Positions 45,927-55,440 of a DNA stretch of 64,000 nucleotides are shown piece after piece. The stretch covers positions 1 through 64,000 of the forward strand of contig JWZX01003313.1 of the NCBI GenBank assembly GCA_001275005.1. The letters are read 5' to 3'. Source of the stretch: Chrysochromulina tobinii (taxonomy: Eukaryota). A program made the position numbers and the translations under genes. The notes beneath the pieces were generated by a model. The model was not told the origin of the DNA. It was given only the letters and a program-made list of their open reading frames with translations, and made no database searches. Each line of letters opens with the position of its first letter. Position 1 is the stretch's first letter.

Positions 45927-48200
45927 TCACTTGGCCACCATGACGTAGCGTGGCTCGCCCGTCCCATCGATCTCGAGATGCGGCCGCTGCCAGCGCGGCG
46001 AGGTGCCCGTGCGCCCCCAAGCGGGCGCTCCGTTGTTGAACGGGTTGGAGGTTTTGGGATCGTCGTCCCGCAAGTACTGCCGGATGGCTGCCATTTCCAC
46101 CATCTCCGGCAGCGCCTGGCGCCGACGGTCGGCGATGTTGTCGCCCACAATGAAATCGGCCGGTGCGTCGACGCGCGCGAGGGCTGACTGGCGTAGGGCG
46201 AGGGTGGCGGCGCCGCTGACCACGGTGGAGCCCGCAGCGGCGCGCGTGGCCGTGGGTGCGGTCCAGGGGGGCCTTCCTTCTGGCCAGAGCGGCCCGAGCA
46301 GCGACTGCCCGCGGCGCGCCGTCGTGGTCAGCGTTGGGGAAGGCTCGATCGACATTGCTGACAGGCCTGGCGTCGCAGTGCTCAGAGGCGGCGGCGCCCG
46401 GAGGAGTGGAGGGCGCGGCGTTCTTGGCGGTGTGGCGGCTGCGGTAGCTACCCCAGACGTGCGCGGAGACGCGGCGGCGGCCCCAGGCGCTCCGGAAAGG
46501 TGACCGGTAGCTGTACCGGTAGCTGTACCGGTAGCTGTACCGGCGGTAGCTGGGCCTCTGCATGGCGGTGTCTCAATGCCCGCGGGTGTCGTCACGGGCG
46601 GGCGGAACGGCGTGCGGAAAGACGACGAGGGCATGCGAGGCGACATGAGCCATGAGGAGGGCGGGAAGCCGTCGCTGCCCGTGTTCTCACCCCCCCCGCC
46701 GCCACCCACTCCGCCATCCCCGGCCCCGCCGCCACCCACTCCGGCGCCATCCCCCCCGCCACGCACTCCGCCACCACTCCACGGGTTACTCCACCAGTGG
46801 CCTCCGGAGGTCCCACGAGATGCTTCGAGACGCCGCGAGATGAGAGCCGCGCCGCCGTCGGGTGCGCCGGCACACCAGTTCACAGCGGAAACGACCGCGT
46901 CCACGCTCAGGTCCGACGGTGTGAAGTCTGAGTCCGGCACTGCCGTCTCTTTCGTCCATACACTCAGGGCGTGTGCCCGCGGCAGGCGGAATCCTGAGCG
47001 TGCCGAGTGCGGCGCGGTGAGCGCTGCAAAGGCAGCCACTTTAGGCGGTGGCGGGGCGGGCGTCATGTTCCTCGCGGGCGTGGGCGGCTGCGCCGATCTT
47101 CCCCCGCGCGGCGAGTGTAACGGTGGCTGCACCGGCTGCGGCTGCGGCTGCGGCTGCTGCGGCTGCTTATGCGGCTGCTGCCGCCGCTGCATCTGCGACG
47201 AGTGACTCTCGAGTGCCGCGCCCTCGTCCGTTTCGAAATCCACCGTCTCGAGCGCCGAAGGCAGCCGGCGCGGCGTGCGCGGCGCACACTCGACGTCACT
47301 CGAGAATAGGGACAGCCCCGGTACGCGAGAGGCTGCAGCACGGCCAAGGCTCACGCGATCTCCCGAGTCGAGATGCTTGTCGAGGCGCGTGTCGACGGCG
47401 AGGCTGTACGCGGCCTGCGCGACCGCGGTGCGCTCCACGTACTTCTCCACGTGCTCGAGGCTGTGCCCGAAGTAGTCTTTATTGGGGTTATGGAAGAGGA
47501 ACTGGTCGCGCAGCGAACCTCGCAGCTTCGCATTCGATGTCTTGCGCTGCACTACGGATCCGTCGCGCTTCGCCTTGGCACGTACGAACTTGCCCATGCC
47601 CACGGAGCAGCGAAGCTGCCGGTGCAGCTCGTTCAATGTGAGTGAGCCCGAACCGTTCACATCCATGTCGTCGAACACCTCATCGACGTCCGCCACGTGC
47701 GCGGCGATCTCCATCTCATGGCCATGCTGACCGTGCAGCAGCATGACCGCGGCTCTGAACTCAGCCTTGTCGATCTGGCCGTCGCCCGAGACGTCGCTGC
47801 GGATGAAGAAGTCGCGAAACAGGTTGGCCTTGCGCCGGATGGAATCCCGGAGCACGTACTGGAAATACTCCTTGTAAGAGATCTCTCCGCTACCATCCAT
47901 GTCAAACTCGTCGAACAACTCGTCGTAGATGTGGGGCGGCATGTTAAAGCCAGGATCTTGAAGCCCAAGCGCCTCCATGCCCTCGTGGAACTCTGAGCGG
48001 CTCACCTGGCCGTTGTGGTCCTTGTCGATGACCTCAAAGAAGCTGCAGACCGTCCCAATCTTCTTGGAGAGGAGGTCGCGCAGCTTCTTGTGCTGCGCGT
48101 AGCGGATCTTCTCCTGCTCAACGATGGCTTTCATGGCCTCATCAGCTTTCCTTCGCGCGGCTGCCACCGAGCCATTCGAGGTGGGCGCGCATGTAGGCAT
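45927..48200 (-). CDS. EF-hand calcium-binding protein (4 EF hands) with low-complexity tail
   Basis: DKDHNGQVSRSE, DMDGSGEISYKE, DVSGDGQIDKAE, DVNGSGSLTLNE. Confidence 0.8.
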   Translation of the reverse strand: MPTCAPTSNGSVAAARRKADEAMKAIVEQEKIRYAQHKKLRDLLSKKIGTVCSFFEVIDKDHNGQVSRSEFHEGMEALGLQDPGFNMPPHIYDELFDEFDMDGSGEISYKEYFQYVLRDSIRRKANLFRDFFIRSDVSGDGQIDKAEFRAAVMLLHGQHGHEMEIAAHVADVDEVFDDMDVNGSGSLTLNELHRQLRCSVGMGKFVRAKAKRDGSVVQRKTSNAKLRGSLRDQFLFHNPNKDYFGHSLEHVEKYVERTAVAQAAYSLAVDTRLDKHLDSGDRVSLGRAAASRVPGLSLFSSDVECAPRTPRRLPSALETVDFETDEGAALESHSSQMQRRQQPHKQPQQPQPQPQPVQPPLHSPRGGRSAQPPTPARNMTPAPPPPKVAAFAALTAPHSARSGFRLPRAHALSVWTKETAVPDSDFTPSDLSVDAVVSAVNWCAGAPDGGAALISRRLEASRGTSGGHWWSNPWSGGGVRGGGDGAGVGGGGAGDGGVGGGGGGENTGSDGFPPSSWLMSPRMPSSSFRTPFRPPVTTPAGIETPPCRGPATAGTATGTATGTATGHLSGAPGAAAASPRTSGVATAAATPPRTPRPPLLRAPPPLSTATPGLSAMSIEPSPTLTTTARRGQSLLGPLWPEGRPPWTAPTATRAAAGSTVVSGAATLALRQSALARVDAPADFIVGDNIADRRRQALPEMVEMAAIRQYLRDDDPKTSNPFNNGAPAWGRTGTSPRWQRPHLEIDGTGEPRYVMVAK

Positions 48201-49505
48201 CGCTCGGCCAAACAGATTTCGAACGAAGTCTGCAAACGAAGTCTATCAAAATCGAAGGGATGCATGCGTCAAGTCGGACGGAATTGGACCCGAATTACTC
48301 CCCGATGCACAACAAGACGACATTGCCGCCGCACCTTGAGTGACGGCAGTCGCTCCTCCCCGGAGCTTCGCATGTGTGCACGACAGCGCTAAGAGCGCCG
48401 CGTATTTGAGCGGACAGTGGAAGGACACTCCTAAAATGGGCCACGCTTAGTTGACGAGTATCGGCAAAATGGCTACAATCTCATAACAATCTCAGCCAGA
48501 CGAGCACCGATGACGCGCAGTGTAGACGCGCTGCTGCCCATACAGCCTGCATACGGATACGCCATGCTGTCTCTGTGAAACTCAGACCTGATCGATGCTT
48601 TCAGGCTTTCTGCCGGTACATGTATCAACATCCGCGATGTTCAACATGAAGCCTTTATGGAGAATTGAACCCGGGGGCTCGACCTAGGACAACTCACAAC
48701 TGGCGAAAAGCCAAACTGATCTCGACTCTATCAGTCTATCTCGACTCAGAGACGCCATGGTTTTCTGCCAAATACTTGTGAAATTAATCGGCTGTATGTT
48801 AGCTGTGGTAGACCACGCCTCGGGCCGCTCCGCGGTAGCAGTCCACCGTTAAACTCCCGTTACGCTCCTGTCCGCCGGTCCTGAAAGAGTGCCGAGTGTT
48901 GAGCTTGGCCAACGCTCGTTTGTCGTGAATCATCTTTATTATCGTTCAGGCACTAGGCAACGCGCAGAGGTTCAGGAAGCGAAGGGACAGTGACTGTCTC
49001 GCTCTAACCACGTGGGGACCTGTGTCCGTGAAGAGCTCCCGAGATCTTGGGAGCTCATGCATGCTTGCATGTATAGCTAACGCTAATGACCGGATGACCC
49101 CTTCCCGACTGATTGGAGGGCGATTAAGGAGAGAGGGTGCTTACGGTAGCATGGTGCGTATTTACGGCAGCTGGACATGTATGGGCTTGTCATATGAATG
49201 AGGGCAGAGACGTATCAGCCGGCCGAGCCGCGATGGGGCCGCCTATAGGCCCGCGGGCCGCGTCGACGGCGCTCGGCCGCGTCGGCCCCGCCCCGATGCG
49301 GGAACCGCCGGTGCCGGCGCCGCCTAGCGCTACGTGTGCAGAACACGAGCAGAACACGAGCCGAAGAGTAAAGCGGAGCATTCACACTTGCATTCACACT
49401 CGGAGCATTCTCTCGAGAGAACTCACACTCGCGGATCCCTCACACGGCGAGCGCACACGTCGCGGTCGCGTCCGCTGCGCGCTCAGGCCTTCACAGCTCG
49501 GCCCT

Positions 49506-50681
49506 TCACAGCTCGGCGAGGAGAGCCTTGACGCCGCCTTCGACGTCGCCGTCGAAGGCGAAGGCCATCGACCAAAAGACAGCTGGTGAGCGAGCGGCCA
49601 TCGCGGCGGGGGTGAGCAGGTGGCCCAGCTGGGTGCCGCGGCGTGAGGACCCCTTCGTGGAGAGCACGCGAAGGAAACCCTTGAGCTCGTCACGGCTCAG
49701 TAGCTGCACGTGCTCGCACACAGACTTGCGCACTGCCTTGAAGGTGGCCGAGAGCACAGGGCAACCTTTGCCTTTTGGTGGGATGGGTGTGAGCACGAAA
49801 GAGACGCTGGCAAGCGCGGCCGTACGGTGCTCGATCATGCCGTGCTCCGAGAGGAAATCGGTCGTTCTGCCGCCGCCGCGTGCCGCCGCGCCCATGGCAG
49901 AGCCTGATGAGGAATAGTAATCCGTGGCCAACTGCTCGGCGGTCAGTGCCTTCACCTTGGGAGGAGCGGCCGCAGTGCCGGCACCGCCGCCTCCGCCGCC
50001 GGCACCGCCGCCACCAGCGGCACCAGCGGCACTACCGGCACCGCCGACCTGGCTAGCCTTCTCCCTGGCCAGCGTGAGTGCGAGCGGGTCAGCCTTCTTG
50101 CGCTTGCGACTACGGCCGGCAGAAGCTGCTGCTGCCACTCCTGCGCGCGGCTCGTCGTCGTCGTCGGCGTCGTCGTCGTCGGCAACGTCGTCAGCCGCAG
50201 CTCCGACGCCTGATGGACCCGCCACCGACGCTGCCACTGCTGCCGGTGCTGCCACTGGTGCTGGTGCTGGAAGATCCCGTGGCACCACACCATCGACAAT
50301 GCGACGCACCACCTGCGGCTTCTTGCGGCCGCCGCCTCCGCCTGCCGCTGCGGCTGCCGCTGCCGCCCGAACCAGCACACGAGCACCGTCACCACCTAGC
50401 ACCGTGCTTGCTTGTGCGGCATCGGCAGCATCAAGTGCCTGCGGCGGGAAGCCCACCAGTAATTCTTGCGCATTGGCTGCGATGCCAGTGACGATGGTGA
50501 TCTGTTCACGGAGCACGGACATGGGCGCGTCCCGTGGCACGCTCACGGTGTAGTTCCCTGCCGGTCCCTGCACTCGCACCATGAGAACGCTCGGTCCCTG
50601 CATGAGAACGCTCGAGTCCAGTGCTCTGTGCTCATGGCTCATGCTGGTTACTTTCAAAGTGTGAAGTCTGGACGCTTGCAC
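49506..50681 (-). CDS. Protein with N-terminal ubiquitin-like (OTU1 UBX-like) domain and unrecognised C-terminal domain
   Basis: MVRVQGPAG..LREQI...TGI....QELLVGFPP; basic RSRKRKK NLS-like stretch. Confidence 0.6.
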   Translation of the reverse strand: MQASRLHTLKVTSMSHEHRALDSSVLMQGPSVLMVRVQGPAGNYTVSVPRDAPMSVLREQITIVTGIAANAQELLVGFPPQALDAADAAQASTVLGGDGARVLVRAAAAAAAAGGGGGRKKPQVVRRIVDGVVPRDLPAPAPVAAPAAVAASVAGPSGVGAAADDVADDDDADDDDEPRAGVAAAASAGRSRKRKKADPLALTLAREKASQVGGAGSAAGAAGGGGAGGGGGGAGTAAAPPKVKALTAEQLATDYYSSSGSAMGAAARGGGRTTDFLSEHGMIEHRTAALASVSFVLTPIPPKGKGCPVLSATFKAVRKSVCEHVQLLSRDELKGFLRVLSTKGSSRRGTQLGHLLTPAAMAARSPAVFWSMAFAFDGDVEGGVKALLAEL

Positions 50682-50765
50682 TGTGAATAGTTGCTTTTCA
50701 AAGATATGATGATTGTGAGCGTGTGGTGACTACGAACCGACTACATGTACCGAGTCTCGGTAAAA

Positions 50766-53700
50766 TCACTCGCCCTCATGGGCGATCGAGAGCGCGATGT
50801 ACACGCCCCAGAGCGCCACGAGGAAGACGGCGCTCAGCCATTTGGCGACCGGCGGCCCGCCGAGCTCGGCACCGAGCAAAAGGCGGCGCCCGATGAGCGT
50901 GGCGAAGCCTAGGACCGCCACGCCCAAGAAGACCTGCACTGAGTAGGCGAGGTCGCCCGCAGGCACCGCGAAGCCGATGTCGATGCCGGGAGAGTACCAC
51001 GGCTCGCCACTGTATCGATCACGCCACGTGTCATCGTGCTCCTGCCCAAGAGAGGCCCAGTAGATGGCGGCGGCCATCCAGGGCAGCCCGAGGCCGAAGA
51101 AGACGTTGACGCTGTTCGAGCCGGTGATGTTGACGATGGACGCGTCGGCGTACGGTTCGGTTTCGGCGGCGATGCGCGAGGCGAATGTGTCGGGCAGTGA
51201 GGTGCCCATCGCGACAAAGGTGATGGCCGTCACAAATTTGGAGAGCCCCATGCAACAGCCCATGTGGCTCGCGAGGTCGCCGATGATCGCCGTGAGCGCA
51301 CCGATCAGCGCGAGCGCCACGAGGAAGCAAGCCCAGCCTCCCGCGTAGTCGGGCGGCGGCACGCTTGCGCCGACGAGCTTCCAGGGCAGCGCGAGCAGCC
51401 ATACCACCGTCGAGCCCACCGTACCGTCATCGGGCAGCTGCACGGCCTCCTCGAGCTGCGCGCGGTACGAGCTTGCGCTCAGCTCGGGCACCGGCTTTTG
51501 CTGCAAGCTGAAGTCGAGCAGGTGCACCGTCTCGTCGACTTTCGCGACGCGCTCCGAGTCGGCATGCACGTGCGCGACGGCGAAGATCGAGGCGCGGCGC
51601 TTGCGGCTGACACTATCATCGACGAAGCGAACCGCCTTCTCGCCCACGCGCCCCGTGGCCGACGTGAGCATAACCTGGAACTCGTCGGAGCGGTGGTACA
51701 TGCCTGTGTCGATGAGCTCCACCTCAATCATCTTCTCGACAACGCCCTCCTCGAACACGAGCTTGCCCGAAGCGGCTACGTAGCCCAAGCCCGTGACCGA
51801 GCTGCCATCGCGCGTTTCCCACAGACACGCAACCGTCCCTTCGCAGCCGTGCGTGCGTACCACTTTGAAAGATGCGCGCTGCGCGCTCTCCAAGACCTCG
51901 ATCTCGCGTGAGTCGAAGTGCAGCTCGCCCGGCCCATAGTCGTCCTGGATGGTCACGTCGCACACGGTCGCCTCACCGAGCTGGCACGCTTGTGGCTTCG
52001 AGAGCACGACCGTGAAAGCTTCGTCCCTTTCTTCCGCGACATCGCCGAAGATCTTGACGCTCACCGTCTGGAGCGTCACGCCCGGCGCGAAGCTCACGAG
52101 GCCCGCCGCCTTCTGGAAATCGACGCCCTCGGTGGCGCTGCCGTCCTTGGTGTCGTAGTAGACGGAGCACGCCTGGGACGCGTCACCGTGACGCACGATC
52201 GTGAGCGTCACCCTCCCTTGTGCCTCGCGGCACACGCACCACGACTGCGCCCATTGCACGCGGCACTCACCGCGTGCGTCCACCGCGCTGCTCTCTTGCT
52301 TCATGATATCAGCGCGCAGCTGGCCGGCCGAGTCAAGGGCGTTCCTTCCGAGAGCGGCCTTCATGCCAGCCTTTCGGTAGTAGGCTTGCGACTGCGGCGG
52401 AAGCAGCATCGAGGCAACGGCGGCAAGCTGTTCTTCGCCCGAGAGCTTCTCGATCGTCTTGAGCGCGAGCACGCGCGAGACGTCATTCTTCGAGATCTCG
52501 CGCCCATTCTTGTCGTAGCCGATGGCCGCGGCCGCCTCGGCACCCTCTGGGTCGTCGTCGGCAAAGACGGGCGGCTTGCCGTCGCCCACGTCTGCACGGT
52601 ACGACACGTACACGAGGATGGGAAACATGACGAACGTGGCGACGCCTTCCCACACGTCGACTATGTCGGGTGTGTTGTAGACGAGGATGACGATAAGCCA
52701 CACGTACGCCAGGAGCGAGGCGACCCCGGTGATGTAGAAGACGGGGAGCTCCTTGATATAGCGCTTGCCGCCGTCGGAGACAGCCGTGATGCTCACCGCC
52801 GAGATGATCATGAGGTTGTATGCGGCCGAGCCCACGATCGTCGACGGGCCAAGCTCACCCGCGTAGAAACCAGAGCCCACGATCTCGATGATCGAGAGCA
52901 GAATCTCGGGCGAGGAGGAGCCGAGCGCCATCAGAGTGAGGCTAGCGACGGTTGGGTTCCACACGCTTACGGTGTACCTTCGCATCTCGCCTGAGGGCAG
53001 CACGACCGTCTTCGTCGTCTCCGTGGACGTAATTTGCTCGATGCCGGCCATGAAGACGTCCGCCACGATCGCCACACCCAGGAAGGTCCAGGAGAGCAGA
53101 GCCAGGAAGATGAGCGTGTTGCGCCCGGTGCGCGCGGGCCCCTCGATCAGCAGGCCGTCGGCGCAGTACGCACTGCCACCCTCCGAGCCGGCGTGTGGAT
53201 CGTTGAGCCACTGCTCGAGATGCTCAAGCACCGGGTCCATCTCAACTAGGTCGACCCACTGTATCTCGTTGACGAGCACACCAAAGAGCATCCCGAGCAC
53301 GAGCAGCAGCAGGCCGCAGCACACGGAGCGCAACGTGGATATCGAGCGCGTCTCCGGCGCCGACGGTGTCTCGTCCGCGCTCTGGCTCGCAAGCTTGACG
53401 GTGCCCGGCGCCTGAGATGCGCCCGACGGCGACGCTGCCTTGGCGACCGACGACGGCTGACGGATCGGGCTGGCAGCCGACGGCCTGGGCTGCGAAGGCG
53501 AGGCCGCGGCAATCTTGGGCGCCTGCACCGCTCGTGAATTGGTGGCCGAGGGCGAGCTGTTGGGCGAGATCATGCTGCAACACCGCTTGTACGGCGACTG
53601 CGCCATGCCAGAAAGTTGTTCGGCAGTGCAATCCTGAGCAGCCGCATAAGGCACGTTAGCGCCAGCAGCCCATGACAGGCTCGCAGAATTCGCGCACTGC

Positions 53701-53807
53701 TGCCGCTGATCGAGGAGCGCAGCTTCGTCCTCGGTGCTGACCGGCGTTCTCGGCGGCTGCTGCCGGCGCAAGTTTCCCGGAATGTGCGATGTGCCCCAGT
53801 GCAGCAT
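50766..53807 (-). CDS. NCX: Na+/Ca2+ exchanger with two Calx-beta domains (exact start uncertain)
   Basis: alpha1 LMALGSSSPE..GPSTIVGSAAYN; alpha2 FVAMGTSLPDTFAS..NITGSNSVNVF; Calx-beta YDTKDGSATEGVDF. Confidence 0.93.
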   Translation of the reverse strand: MLHWGTSHIPGNLRRQQPPRTPVSTEDEAALLDQRQQCANSASLSWAAGANVPYAAAQDCTAEQLSGMAQSPYKRCCSMISPNSSPSATNSRAVQAPKIAAASPSQPRPSAASPIRQPSSVAKAASPSGASQAPGTVKLASQSADETPSAPETRSISTLRSVCCGLLLLVLGMLFGVLVNEIQWVDLVEMDPVLEHLEQWLNDPHAGSEGGSAYCADGLLIEGPARTGRNTLIFLALLSWTFLGVAIVADVFMAGIEQITSTETTKTVVLPSGEMRRYTVSVWNPTVASLTLMALGSSSPEILLSIIEIVGSGFYAGELGPSTIVGSAAYNLMIISAVSITAVSDGGKRYIKELPVFYITGVASLLAYVWLIVILVYNTPDIVDVWEGVATFVMFPILVYVSYRADVGDGKPPVFADDDPEGAEAAAAIGYDKNGREISKNDVSRVLALKTIEKLSGEEQLAAVASMLLPPQSQAYYRKAGMKAALGRNALDSAGQLRADIMKQESSAVDARGECRVQWAQSWCVCREAQGRVTLTIVRHGDASQACSVYYDTKDGSATEGVDFQKAAGLVSFAPGVTLQTVSVKIFGDVAEERDEAFTVVLSKPQACQLGEATVCDVTIQDDYGPGELHFDSREIEVLESAQRASFKVVRTHGCEGTVACLWETRDGSSVTGLGYVAASGKLVFEEGVVEKMIEVELIDTGMYHRSDEFQVMLTSATGRVGEKAVRFVDDSVSRKRRASIFAVAHVHADSERVAKVDETVHLLDFSLQQKPVPELSASSYRAQLEEAVQLPDDGTVGSTVVWLLALPWKLVGASVPPPDYAGGWACFLVALALIGALTAIIGDLASHMGCCMGLSKFVTAITFVAMGTSLPDTFASRIAAETEPYADASIVNITGSNSVNVFFGLGLPWMAAAIYWASLGQEHDDTWRDRYSGEPWYSPGIDIGFAVPAGDLAYSVQVFLGVAVLGFATLIGRRLLLGAELGGPPVAKWLSAVFLVALWGVYIALSIAHEGE

Positions 53808-54272
53808 GATAAAGCGACCGAAAAGAGCCTAATTCCAAACATTCCAAACTGGGAAGCTCCCCGAACGCGACGCGAATCCGCCTTATAGGTTGTAGCCGCC
53901 GTCGCATTAGAAGATCCCATGAAGAAATCGTGTCTAAAAACGTACCTTGTTCGCGTACGGTTCGGTTCGTGAGGCGGCTGCGCCACTTCAAACTTTTGTC
54001 TTATGCGTGTTTTGTGGAAGATGCGGAGCGCGGCATGGGAGCGCGGACAGGTTTGTCGTTTTTCCGCCGTCCGCCAACGCCCCGGGCCCATCGCGCTGCA
54101 TGTCTTTTCATTGATACACAATACCCTCTAAATGTATCTACATCATGCTGACATCTATTCGCTGAAGAGCTGAATGCCTGAATCGTGAATGCCTCGGCGC
54201 CGTGAACACTCCGAGGCGGCCGAGGGCCCCCTGAGACCAAGTTGTGGCTGTTCAGGATGGTTTTCTCATCCG

Positions 54273-54875
54273 TCAGCCAAAATGATGTGGCGGCGGCGGC
54301 GGCGGTGGCTTTCCACCGGTCACCGTCCACGGTGGCTTCGTAGACAACATCAGATGCTCCGCCGAGGACAGCAGCTCCATCAACGAGGACAGAAAAGGCG
54401 TCGCGTGATGGGTGAAGGGGAAAACCGCGAGATTGCTGACGATCATGAGCACGAACAGGAGCAGAATTACGACGCACGTGGCGTAGCACATGGTTGGACA
54501 CCGCATAAACGCCGGGGTCTCCGCAGCGGTCAACGACCTGGGATGTGAGATCCACTGCGAAGACGCGCCCGCCGCCTGTGGGGGTGACCGGGCCGCCTTC
54601 GTGTAATAGGAGGTACCCACGGGTGTGCTGTATGATGTATCCGTCCGGTCGTACGGCGACTGTGCCATGCCCTTGTACAGATCGATATCAACCTGCACGC
54701 TCGTGCAGGCCTGAGCAGCCCTGTTGGGCACGTTGGCGCCAGTCGCCCATCTGGGGCTGGAAGAACTCGAGCGCTGCTGCCGGTCATCGAGGAGCGCAGC
54801 TTGGTCCTCGACGCTGATCGGCTCCCTCGACGGCTTCTGACTGCCCGAGCGCGAAAAGAACCCAAAGGCCGGCAT
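54273..54875 (-). CDS. Small membrane protein paralogous to the N-terminal extension of the adjacent NCX
   Basis: EDQAALLDDRQQ..W.TGANVP..AAQ.CT..GMAQSPY matches the NCX N-terminus; one TM. Confidence 0.55.
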   Translation of the reverse strand: MPAFGFFSRSGSQKPSREPISVEDQAALLDDRQQRSSSSSPRWATGANVPNRAAQACTSVQVDIDLYKGMAQSPYDRTDTSYSTPVGTSYYTKAARSPPQAAGASSQWISHPRSLTAAETPAFMRCPTMCYATCVVILLLFVLMIVSNLAVFPFTHHATPFLSSLMELLSSAEHLMLSTKPPWTVTGGKPPPPPPPHHFG

Positions 54876-55440
54876 CTTCGGCTCTCAAGGCCCTTGTCGC
54901 GGCTCGCACGAAATCGTCGCCCGAAAGTCTCGAAGTTCTCAAAACTACTAAGTTTGGGACGTCCCTCCCGAAGTTCAAGTTCAAGTTACCTTCCCGAACG
55001 CCGATCTGCGACCTGGATTGGATGGCCGCCGGGGTGAGCGAGCACTTCGCCCGTAGCCCCATTTGGCGTGCTTCTGCGTCTTTCGAAAGACGGTCCCCAT
55101 CGTCATGCGTTTCATGCCCCCTTAGGTATACTTAGGGCCCCAGCGCGTGCTTAGTGGGTGTGTGGGCCCGGGTGAGCGAGACTGGCTGCAATGTTGTGGG
55201 CGGCCGACCCCTCCCCCGGTAAAAAGACCATGAAAAAGACACCGGGGGGAGCCGGGACACACACCGGACACGCGGACGCACAAAGGCACACGGACCGCAC
55301 AGACGAGCCTCACAACCATCCACCCGTAAGGAAAACTTCAGAGCTGCTCACACCTCGCCCGCGAAACCCCCGCGTGTGAAGTCGGAACTGGTCTTCGGGT
55401 ATCCGATATTGCGTCGTGCTGCTGACGCTAGCAAGAGGAG

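Noticed and set aside
48655..48690. tRNA T-loop-like sequence (gggttcaattc on the minus strand)
   Set aside because: The T-stem does not pair fully and no acceptor, D or anticodon arms can be built.
27966..53807. Ca2+/voltage signalling gene cluster (IQ-PDZ, cyclase, EF-hand, NCX)
   Set aside because: The genes are interspersed with unrelated ones and belong to large families; no evidence of linkage.
55077..55092. Perfect 16-bp palindrome cgtctttcgaaagacg between divergent genes
   Set aside because: Single instance with no U-tract or recognisable RNA family; bacterial-type terminators are not expected here.
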